Assembly (NCBI GenBank): GCA_020722185.1
Contig: DYLH01000002.1
Span: 6,312-70,311, forward strand
DNA length: 64,000 bases
Origin: Candidatus Avelusimicrobium gallicola
Lineage (GTDB): Bacteria > Elusimicrobiota > Elusimicrobia > Elusimicrobiales > UBA9959
Direction: 5' to 3'
The notes beneath the pieces were generated by a model. It did not search any database, was not told the DNA's origin, and saw nothing but the letters and a program-made list of their open reading frames with translations. Below, one piece after another: positions 37,128 through 44,776 of this stretch (position 1 is its first letter; each line of letters begins with the position of its first letter). Made by a program: the position numbers and the translations under genes.

Positions 37128-37617
37128 TTTCCCCTCTGTTTTTATACTTAAGAACAGTCTCTTTATCCACTTTTTCTTGTAACTTTGTTAAGGCGTCCAA
37201 AATAGCTTGAGGTCTAGGGGGACATCCAGGTATGTAAATATCTACCGGAATTATCTTGTCTATACCTTGAACAGTGGCATAATTGTCGTAAAATCCGCCG
37301 CTTGTGGCGCACACACCAAAAGATACAACCCATTTTGGTTCAGCCATTTGCTCATAAACACGCCTGAGAACTGGAGCAAGTTTTTCGTTTACAGTTCCAA
37401 CTACAAAAAGCACATCAGCTTGCCTTGGAGAAAATCTCGGAAATTCAGCGCCAAATCTTGCTATGTCATATGAAGACGCAAACACAGACATAAATTCCAT
37501 TCCGCAGCAGGCTGTGACGAAAGGGTATTGAAAAAAAGAATATTTCCTAGCCCAATTGATGGCTGAGTCTATTCTTGAAGTAAAGAAAGAATTACCGAAA
37601 GCTGTTTCTAATCCCAT
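37114..37617 (-). CDS. nuoB: NADH-quinone oxidoreductase subunit B
   Basis: The N2 cluster ligands are in ACCGMEFM, GVCATSGG and IPGCPPRP. Confidence 0.95.
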   Translation of the reverse strand: MGLETAFGNSFFTSRIDSAINWARKYSFFQYPFVTACCGMEFMSVFASSYDIARFGAEFPRFSPRQADVLFVVGTVNEKLAPVLRRVYEQMAEPKWVVSFGVCATSGGFYDNYATVQGIDKIIPVDIYIPGCPPRPQAILDALTKLQEKVDKETVLKYKNRGENERN

Positions 37618-37958
37618 TCCAGAGCTCCTCTTTTGACAATATAAAAAAGCGCAATGGCTAGAATAGCTGCAAAAATCAAGCCCGAATAAAATGCTTCTTG
37701 AGTTAATTGTCTAAAATTTATTGCCCAAGGATAAAGAAAAACTGTTTCCACATCAAAAATTACAAAAATCAAAGCTATCCTGTAAAAATTATTTGACAAA
37801 TATTTTGCTGGCTTTTGAGCTGGCGGCATACCGCATTCAAATGGAGAGTTTTTTATAGAGTTTTTTATTTTTGGACCAAAAAGCCATGCCGCAATTATCA
37901 TTCCTACGGCTATCGATAAAGCCAGAAGAGATGTTATAAAAACCGCAGCTATTTCCAT
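37608..37958 (-). CDS. nuoA: NADH-quinone oxidoreductase subunit A
   Basis: 116 aa with three TM helices and SPFECGM. It is the first gene of the operon. Confidence 0.9.
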   Translation of the reverse strand: MEIAAVFITSLLALSIAVGMIIAAWLFGPKIKNSIKNSPFECGMPPAQKPAKYLSNNFYRIALIFVIFDVETVFLYPWAINFRQLTQEAFYSGLIFAAILAIALFYIVKRGALEWD

Positions 37959-37984
37959 ATTTTTAAGTATAACAAAATTTTTAG

Positions 37985-38006
37985 TTGTTTAGCAAATGCT
38001 AAACAA
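37985..38006 (-). promoter_or_regulatory. Perfect 10-2-10 palindrome between the acyl-CoA dehydrogenase stop and the nuoA start
   Basis: TTGTTTAGCA-AA-TGCTAAACAA lies 27 nt upstream of the nuoA ATG and 7 nt downstream of the ACAD stop. It could be an operator or an RNA hairpin. No clean T-run follows it on the minus strand. Confidence 0.4.
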
Positions 38007-38012
38007 GTTTTA

Positions 38013-39227
38013 TCAGTATTCCTTGAGTACTTGTGCGGCTATCTCGTTTTTTTGTATGTGATTTGTGCCTTCATAAATCTCTGTTATTTTGGCGTCTCTC
38101 ATAAACTTTTCTACGGGAAATTCTCTGGAATAGCCAATTCCTCCGCAAAGATTTACGCATTTTTCAGCTGTATGAAATGCAGTTTCACTAGCTAGATATT
38201 TTATCATTGCAGAATACTTTGTCCATCTTTTTCGGGAAATTTTTTTCAATTCCTCTCTAAGAGTAGTTTTATTCTCTATAGCTTTATCAAAGGCTGGCTT
38301 AAAATCTTTGTCCATGTTGGTTGTTATGTCGTAAAGGAAAGATCTGGCTGATTCCACCCTTGTATATATTTCAGCTATCTCATGTCCTATGGCCTGAAAA
38401 GATGCTATGCTTTGCCCAAATTGCTGCCTCTGTTTAAGGTAAGGTATTGTCTCACTTAAAGCGCCTTCAGCTATGCCAATTGCCTGCGCTGCGACTCCGG
38501 GTCTGGAATAGTCAAAAGTTTCCTGAAGAACAAAAAGTCCAAAGCCCTCATTAAAAAGAAGGTTTTCAGCGGGCACAATACAATTTTCGAAATAAAGTTC
38601 TGTTGTGGGGTTTCCTTTTATCCCCAATTTTTTTTCTTTCTTACCGAACTTAAATCCAGGTGTTCCTTTTTCAACGACAAAAGCACTTATCCCCCTTGCG
38701 CCCTTTTTGGGATCAGTGGAGGCAAAAACAACGTATATATCCGAAATATTCCCTGAGGAGCAGAAATGTTTCACTCCGTTGAGGATATAGGAATTACCTT
38801 CCTTTCTTGCGGTAGTCTTTTGAGCAGTAGCATCAGATCCAGCTTGTGGTTCGCTAAGTGCAAAAGCTGCCAATTTCTCTCCGCTTGCTATAGACGGTAA
38901 CCATTTATCTCGCTGTTTATCGTTAGCATAAAGCATTATAGGTATAGCCCCAAGAGCCGATGTCGCGACTGGCAAAGAAAGTCCAGAATCAACTTTTGAA
39001 AGCTCTTCAATGGCAAGGGAAAGTTCTGTGATGCATCCGCCAAGCCCGCCATATTTTTCTGGGAGAGATATGCCAAAAAAACCCATTTGCGCAAATTCTT
39101 TTAAAAGCTCCAAGGGAAATTCTTCTCTTTCATCATACTCCGATCTTATGGGTTTAAGTCTTTTTTGCGCGAATTCCGCGCAGGATGTTGATATTTCTTT
39201 TTGAAGTTCACTTAGATTTGCCAGCAT
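38013..39227 (-). CDS. Acyl-CoA dehydrogenase (short/butyryl-CoA dehydrogenase-like)
   Basis: The ATG at 39227 follows AGGAGA. Motifs are ALSEPQAGSDATA, a C-terminal GGIGYSREFPVEKFMRDAKITEIYEGTNHIQ carrying the catalytic Glu context, and FAD-binding regions. Confidence 0.85.
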   Translation of the reverse strand: MLANLSELQKEISTSCAEFAQKRLKPIRSEYDEREEFPLELLKEFAQMGFFGISLPEKYGGLGGCITELSLAIEELSKVDSGLSLPVATSALGAIPIMLYANDKQRDKWLPSIASGEKLAAFALSEPQAGSDATAQKTTARKEGNSYILNGVKHFCSSGNISDIYVVFASTDPKKGARGISAFVVEKGTPGFKFGKKEKKLGIKGNPTTELYFENCIVPAENLLFNEGFGLFVLQETFDYSRPGVAAQAIGIAEGALSETIPYLKQRQQFGQSIASFQAIGHEIAEIYTRVESARSFLYDITTNMDKDFKPAFDKAIENKTTLREELKKISRKRWTKYSAMIKYLASETAFHTAEKCVNLCGGIGYSREFPVEKFMRDAKITEIYEGTNHIQKNEIAAQVLKEY

Positions 39228-39254
39228 TTTAATTCTCCTAACAAGACGCAAGCT

Positions 39255-39917
39255 TTAATTCTTTTGTTTTATTGTCTTAAGCGCATTCATCGCCGCTGAT
39301 TGTTGCGCTTCCTTCTTACTTTTTCCACGACCTATGGCTATTACTTTTCCGTTTAGCGAAACATTTACAGTAAATATTTTCTCATGTTCAGGCCCTTCTG
39401 TTTTTATCACCGAGTACATAGGCAAAGAAGATGTTTCTTTTTGAACTATTTCTTGAAGCATGCTTTTGTAGTCTTCGTTGGATATTTCAACTTGTTCAAG
39501 AAAATCCTTCAAAAAATTGAAAGCAACCTCAAATCCACCATCAAGGTACATTGCTCCAAGCACAGCCTCAAAAGCGTCAGCAAGAATTGTGTCTTGCCCA
39601 GTTTTTGAGGCGAAATTTATGCCTGCCACTTTAACATATTTTCCCAGAGATATCTTTCTGGCAAAAGAGCACAAAGATTTTCTTGAGACCATGCGGGCCT
39701 TTATTTTCGAAAGTTCACCTTCATTTCTTTGTGGGTATTTCAGAAAAAGGTAGTATGCGCAAGATAGGCCAAGAACGCTGTCTCCGAGAAACTCCAGTCT
39801 CTCATTGCAGAAAGAGAAGCCATGCTCTACTGCATAGGACTTATGAACTAGAGCCTCTTTAATCAAATCTCCGTTTTTGAATTTATATTTTAGTTGTGAT
39901 TCAAGCTGAGATTGCAT
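39255..39917 (-). CDS. rnc: Ribonuclease III
   Basis: It has the RNase III signature NERLEFLGDSVL and a C-terminal dsRBD (GPEHEKIFTV...GRGKSKKEAQQSAA). Confidence 0.95.
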   Translation of the reverse strand: MQSQLESQLKYKFKNGDLIKEALVHKSYAVEHGFSFCNERLEFLGDSVLGLSCAYYLFLKYPQRNEGELSKIKARMVSRKSLCSFARKISLGKYVKVAGINFASKTGQDTILADAFEAVLGAMYLDGGFEVAFNFLKDFLEQVEISNEDYKSMLQEIVQKETSSLPMYSVIKTEGPEHEKIFTVNVSLNGKVIAIGRGKSKKEAQQSAAMNALKTIKQKN

Positions 39918-39933
39918 TTGAGAAAAAGCGAAG

Positions 39934-40179
39934 TTATTTGCTCACTTTTTGCTCTATATAGGATATCGCTTCTCCAACAGTTTTTATTTTCTGAGCATCC
40001 TCATCGGGTATTTCTATATCAAATTTTTCTTCAAAACTCATAACAAGCTCTACTGTGTCAAGAGAATCAGCGCCAAGATCATCTATAAACTTGGCATTTT
40101 CTGTAACTTGAGATTCCTCAAGGGAAAGAGATTCTGCTATTATTTTTTTCACTTCACTGGCTACATTTATTTCTGGCAT
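39934..40179 (-). CDS. acpP: Acyl carrier protein
   Basis: 81 aa with [12 protein letters not shown] as the phosphopantetheine Ser context. Confidence 0.95.
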   Translation of the reverse strand: MPEINVASEVKKIIAESLSLEESQVTENAKFIDDLGADSLDTVELVMSFEEKFDIEIPDEDAQKIKTVGEAISYIEQKVSK

Positions 40180-40246
40180 TTAATCCTCCGTTAAAATACA
40201 AGCTGAGTATAAAATTTATCTCAAATTAAAAATAGATTAAGAAAGA

Positions 40247-40993
40247 TTATATATAAATTCCCCCATTGACTGCAATAATTTGTCCAGTGATGTAAGAGCT
40301 TTCTTCTCCAGCAAGGAATAAAACAGCAGCCGCCACGTCGTATGGCTTTCCCATTCTTTTGAGAGGTATTTGCGATAAAATGGAAGCTTTTGTTTTTTCA
40401 TCAAGTGAAGCTGTCATATCTGTCTCAATGAAGCCCGGCGACACAGAGTTTACATTCACATTCCTTTTGGCAAATTCTTTGGCCAAAGATTTGGTTAACC
40501 CTATAAGCCCCGCTTTTGAAGAAGCATAATTCGCTTGACCTGCTTGACCGCTTTGCCCTACCACAGAAGAAATGTTTATTATCCTTCCAGACCTCTGTTT
40601 GGACATTATTCTGAAAACATGTTTAGACATCAGAAAAGGACCTTTAAGATTTACAGCTATCACATCCTCAAAATCTTTTTCCTTCATCCTTAAGACCAAA
40701 TTATCTCTTGTTATTCCGGCATTGTTGACGAGAATGTCAATATGTGAAAAGTTTTCTTCGGCAATAGACACGACTTTTTCGCAATCAGCCTCTGATGAGA
40801 CATCTTGTTTTACTCCTATGGCTTTTACAGAGTAGTTAGATGAAATGGTTTCAGCAGACTTTTTTATATTTTCTTCATTTACGCCAGTCATTAAGATATT
40901 AGCACCATTTTGAGCAAAGGTGCGGGCAATTTCAAGTCCTATCCCTCTTCCAGCGCCGGTCACGATAACTGATTTGTTTGAGAATCTTTTCAT
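40247..40993 (-). CDS. fabG: 3-oxoacyl-ACP reductase
   Basis: The ATG at 40993 gives MKRFSNKSVIVTGAGRGIG. SDR motifs NNAG and YASSKAG are present. The ORF-track extension to 41041 overlaps plsX. Confidence 0.9.
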   Translation of the reverse strand: MKRFSNKSVIVTGAGRGIGLEIARTFAQNGANILMTGVNEENIKKSAETISSNYSVKAIGVKQDVSSEADCEKVVSIAEENFSHIDILVNNAGITRDNLVLRMKEKDFEDVIAVNLKGPFLMSKHVFRIMSKQRSGRIINISSVVGQSGQAGQANYASSKAGLIGLTKSLAKEFAKRNVNVNSVSPGFIETDMTASLDEKTKASILSQIPLKRMGKPYDVAAAVLFLAGEESSYITGQIIAVNGGIYI

Positions 40994-41009
40994 TTTTTTA
41001 TCTTCGATT

Positions 41010-42032
41010 TTATAAAAATTTTTCTTCTTCTTGTTGACCAAGAGATTCCACTTCTTTTCTTATCTTTTCCATGTATTTGCAGGAGACAAGATCAGCGGCC
41101 CTTTTAGCGGCATTTCTAATAGCTTTTGGGCTTGTCTTGCCGTGACTCACCAGAACTACTCCGTTTATGCCAAGCAAGGGCGCGCCGCCAAATTCATCTG
41201 GATTGGTCTGCGCCCTTATGTCAGTAAAAATTTTTTTCATCAACATGGCCCCTATGGCATAAGTGAATTTTCCCCTTATCTTATCCTTTATGGTTTTAAA
41301 TAGGAATTTCGCAAGCCCTTCTGATAGCTTCAGCGCGACATTCCCGGTAAATCCGTCAGTGACGACGACATCTGCTAAACCAAAAGGCAGATCTCTGCCC
41401 TCCACTGGTCCGTAAAAATTTATAGGGGCTTTTTTTAACAAAGGGATTGTCTCAAGCACAAGAGAATTTCCTTTGCACTCTTCTTCGCCAATGGAAAGTA
41501 TAGCGACTTTTGGATTGTCAATTTTTTCCAAATTCTTCATGTAGATTGAGCCCATCAAGGCAAACTGAACCAAATGCCATGGCTTTGAGTCCATGTTTGC
41601 GCCGGCATCCAATAGAAGTGAATACCCTTTTTCTGTTGGATAGGGGACAGCTATAGCAGGTCTTGCTATTCCTTTTATTCTCTTTATCTTAAGCAGGGAT
41701 GCCACCATTATGGCGCCAGAATTGCCGGCTGAAATCATTGCGTCAGCTTTTTTTTCAGCCACAAGTTGAGCAGCTTGCATCAAAGAAGAATTCGGTTTTT
41801 TTCTGCACTCTTCAACTGGCTCTCCATCCATTTCCACAACTTGAGGAGCATCCACTATCTTAATTCTTTCAGGCAGGGATGATATTCCCAGAGATCTAAA
41901 AACTTCCCTTATCTCGGAGTCCCTGCCTGTTAAAATAATTTCGCCCTCATTTTTCTTCAGAAAATCCAAGGCGCCTTCTACATTTGGCAATACACCAAGA
42001 TCGCCACCGTGCGCGTCAATTACTATTCTCAT
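41010..42032 (-). CDS. plsX: Phosphate acyltransferase PlsX
   Basis: MRIVIDAHGGDLG, 340 aa, in the typical rpmF-plsX context. Confidence 0.95.
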   Translation of the reverse strand: MRIVIDAHGGDLGVLPNVEGALDFLKKNEGEIILTGRDSEIREVFRSLGISSLPERIKIVDAPQVVEMDGEPVEECRKKPNSSLMQAAQLVAEKKADAMISAGNSGAIMVASLLKIKRIKGIARPAIAVPYPTEKGYSLLLDAGANMDSKPWHLVQFALMGSIYMKNLEKIDNPKVAILSIGEEECKGNSLVLETIPLLKKAPINFYGPVEGRDLPFGLADVVVTDGFTGNVALKLSEGLAKFLFKTIKDKIRGKFTYAIGAMLMKKIFTDIRAQTNPDEFGGAPLLGINGVVLVSHGKTSPKAIRNAAKRAADLVSCKYMEKIRKEVESLGQQEEEKFL

Positions 42033-42044
42033 TTATTGAAAACC

Positions 42045-42257
42045 TCAAGCTTTGGGCGCCTGTTCTTCTTTCTTCTTTTCTTTTTTGGGCAACACTATTT
42101 TGCCGTCATATGCTCCGCATTCAGGACATACCCTATGAGGCAAATGCATCGCGCCACAGCTTTTGCATACCACAAGATTTTTTACTTCCAGTTTCCAGTT
42201 TTGAGATCTTCTTTTATCTCTTCTGGATCTGGTATGTTTTCTCTTTGGATTAGGCAT
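42045..42257 (-). CDS. rpmF: 50S ribosomal protein L32
   Basis: MPNPKRKHTRSRRDKRRS plus a zinc ribbon (CKSCG...CPECG). A Lys/Glu-rich C-terminal tail makes it 70 aa. Confidence 0.9.
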   Translation of the reverse strand: MPNPKRKHTRSRRDKRRSQNWKLEVKNLVVCKSCGAMHLPHRVCPECGAYDGKIVLPKKEKKKEEQAPKA

Positions 42258-42258
42258 A

Positions 42259-42705
42259 TTATTTCTCCTTTTTTATTTCCTTTTTTAATATGGAAAAAGG
42301 ACTTTCTTTTTGTTTCTTTTCCGCTTGCGCGTATTTGTCAAGTAAAGTTTCGTCGCATTTCGACTTACACACTGTTCTTAACGGTTCCATCATGGATAGA
42401 GTTTCCTTAATAATCGGTTTTATATCTATTTCTTCAGCTAAAGATTCAATAGTATCCTCAAAATAATCAACTAGGGTCAGTTCTATCTCTTTTAGACATC
42501 TAGAGCATTCAAAAAAGGCTGTAGCCTTTATTTCTCCCTCAATAAAAAAAGTATTGTCTCCAATAGAAATTGAGAAAGAAACAAAAATCTCCTTTAGCTT
42601 TCCACGAATGAAAGTATTTGTAAATTCTTTTACGTCCGCTTTCAGTGAACCTTTGAATCCGCCACTCTTTTTAAGCTCATCAGTTTTAAAGACAAAAGAG
42701 TTCAT
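42259..42705 (-). CDS. yceD: YceD/DUF177 family protein
   Basis: 148 aa in the conserved position directly upstream of rpmF, with CSRCL...C...C cysteines. Confidence 0.75.
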   Translation of the reverse strand: MNSFVFKTDELKKSGGFKGSLKADVKEFTNTFIRGKLKEIFVSFSISIGDNTFFIEGEIKATAFFECSRCLKEIELTLVDYFEDTIESLAEEIDIKPIIKETLSMMEPLRTVCKSKCDETLLDKYAQAEKKQKESPFSILKKEIKKEK

Positions 42706-43634
42706 ACCCTTTCCTTTATCTTGTGTAGTGGCTTACCTGAAGAAACAAGGTAGACTCTCAGTATCATTTCGGCCACAAGGCCTATCAGTCCTATTTGAAC
42801 AGCCACAAGAGCAAGAAATATTGCAACCAAAAAAAGTGGTTGATCCTTTACAAATATGTGATTATACCATTTGTGGTATAAAGTTATCAATGCGCAAATA
42901 AAAGATAGGGAAAAAAGTGCAAGAGAAAAAGCAGAAAAAAAATAGAGAGGTTTCGTCAAAAAATCTCCCATAAATTTTATGGCGATTATATCAGAGATAA
43001 CTTTGAATGTTCTAAATATGCCATACTTTGATTTACCGAAGATTCTTGGCCTATGGTTTACTTCGATTTCAGATATTCTGGCGCCTTTGTATCCAGCTAT
43101 CGCAGGAATAAACCTGTGTATTTCTCCGTAAAATTCAATTTCTTTTACTATCTCAGCTTTGTAAATTTTAAGAGAGCAACCATAATCGTGTAATTTTATT
43201 TTAGTAACGATAGAAATTATTGTGTTTGCGATTATGGATGGAAGTATTCTCGTGAAAAACTTATCCTTTCTGTTTTTTCTCCAACCGCTTACAATATCAA
43301 ATCCTTTTTCAATCTCTTTAAGCATCACAGGAATATCCCGCGGATCATTTTGAAGATCTGCGTCAATGACAGAGATATACTCTCCTGTTGCATCTGTAAC
43401 TCCGGCAGCTATGGCCTGAGTTTGTCCATAGTTTCTGCGAAGTTTAATTCCTTTGACGAAATAAAACTTTTTTTTAGCTGATTTTATCATTTCCCATGAA
43501 GAGTCCGAGCTGCCATCATCTACAAGTATTAACTCAAAACTGACATGGTCTTTCAGCGCCTCATCAATTTCCGAACAAAGGCTGAGAATGTTCTCTTCTT
43601 CATTGTAAACGGGAGATATTATAGATAATTTCAT
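42702..43634 (-). CDS. Family 2 glycosyltransferase, polyprenyl-phosphate sugar transferase type (GtrB/ArnC/DPM1-like)
   Basis: Motifs IISPVYNEEENI, VDDGSSD and DADLQNDP, with two C-terminal TM helices. Confidence 0.8.
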   Translation of the reverse strand: MKLSIISPVYNEEENILSLCSEIDEALKDHVSFELILVDDGSSDSSWEMIKSAKKKFYFVKGIKLRRNYGQTQAIAAGVTDATGEYISVIDADLQNDPRDIPVMLKEIEKGFDIVSGWRKNRKDKFFTRILPSIIANTIISIVTKIKLHDYGCSLKIYKAEIVKEIEFYGEIHRFIPAIAGYKGARISEIEVNHRPRIFGKSKYGIFRTFKVISDIIAIKFMGDFLTKPLYFFSAFSLALFSLSFICALITLYHKWYNHIFVKDQPLFLVAIFLALVAVQIGLIGLVAEMILRVYLVSSGKPLHKIKERV

Positions 43635-44776
43635 TTTTCCCCCAAAAGTCTGAGGTATAGTTCTTCCTGTTTTCTAACCATTAAATCTATGTCAAATTCA
43701 GAAAGATCTAATAAACCAGCTGAAGATGAAATTTTTTTGCGAAGTGTTTCATTTTCAGCTAAAAGCAATATTTTCGAAGCCATTTCCACCACATCTCCCT
43801 GATTTATAAGAAATCCATTTTCGCCATCCACAATCAAGTCTCTAACTCCATCAGTCTTATAGCAAACTGGAGCAAGAGAACAGCTCATTGCCTCTACAAG
43901 GCTTCTGGGAAGGCCCTCCCATAAAGAAGTTAAAATAAAAATATCGCACGCAGCAAGATATTTTTCAGGGGCATCAACCCAACCTGTAAAAAAACAATTT
44001 TCATTTATATGTTCTCTTTGAACTTCAGCTCTGAAATATTCAAGTCTTTCTCCACCTCCAATATAGAGAAAGGAAATTTTTTTATTTTTCGAAAGCACGA
44101 TTTTTGCCGTTTTTATAAAATCTTCTGGATTTTTTTGAGGTTTGAGATTCCCAAGACTTACAACACATGGTTGATCTTGTTTTATCCCAAGAGCCTTTAG
44201 TGTAGAATTGTCCTTTGAGGCTTTTCTGTATTTTTCCAATTTTATGCCACTTCTTATTAGAATGTATGTTGACTCTTTCCCTATTTTTTCTTTTTTCGCA
44301 ATTTCCATATTTGCTTTAGAGACAAAGATTAAGGATGATGAAAAAAAAGCGCAAATCTTCTCCAGTAGAATATAAAATTTTTTTACAAAAAATTTTTGTC
44401 TTTCATGAAAACCAAAACCATGAAATGTATGCATTATAATTTTAACTCCAGCCAGCCATGCGGCTATCCTTGCAAGTATTCCAGCTTTAGAAGAATGGGT
44501 ATGCACTATGTCTGGTTTTTCTTTCCTTATTATGAAGTAAAGTTCTATCAGCGCCAGAATATCCTTGATAGGGGAAATTTCTCTTACAAGATGCGGACAG
44601 ATTCTTTTTTCAATTGATTTGTCTGAAATAACTTGACTGTCAAGTATCCCCCCCGATCCAAAAACTAAAATGGGCAAGAATTTTTCTCTGTTTATATTTC
44701 TTACTGTGTAAATTGTATTGCCTTGAGCGCCGCCAAGTTCAAGTTTTGTAATTATGTGAAGTACTTTAAAGCTCAT
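43631..44776 (-). CDS. Family 1 (GT4-type) glycosyltransferase
   Basis: N-terminal LGGAQ and a C-terminal EGLPRSLVEAMSCSLAPV (EX7E-type) motif. Confidence 0.8.
   Translation of the reverse strand: MSFKVLHIITKLELGGAQGNTIYTVRNINREKFLPILVFGSGGILDSQVISDKSIEKRICPHLVREISPIKDILALIELYFIIRKEKPDIVHTHSSKAGILARIAAWLAGVKIIMHTFHGFGFHERQKFFVKKFYILLEKICAFFSSSLIFVSKANMEIAKKEKIGKESTYILIRSGIKLEKYRKASKDNSTLKALGIKQDQPCVVSLGNLKPQKNPEDFIKTAKIVLSKNKKISFLYIGGGERLEYFRAEVQREHINENCFFTGWVDAPEKYLAACDIFILTSLWEGLPRSLVEAMSCSLAPVCYKTDGVRDLIVDGENGFLINQGDVVEMASKILLLAENETLRKKISSSAGLLDLSEFDIDLMVRKQEELYLRLLGEK

Noticed and set aside
37985-38006. The TTAGCA/TGCTAA palindrome upstream of nuoA, considered as a third CIRCE element.
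   Set aside because: The spacer is 2 nt rather than 9 nt and the arms extend differently (TTGTTTAGCA). It is kept only as an unexplained dyad and not called as an HrcA site.
41984-42410. Plus-strand ORFs at 41984..42253 and 42009..42410 lie opposite rpmF and yceD.
   Set aside because: They are antisense to well-supported genes. Their Phe/Leu-rich translations are typical of the complement of Lys/Glu-rich coding sequence.
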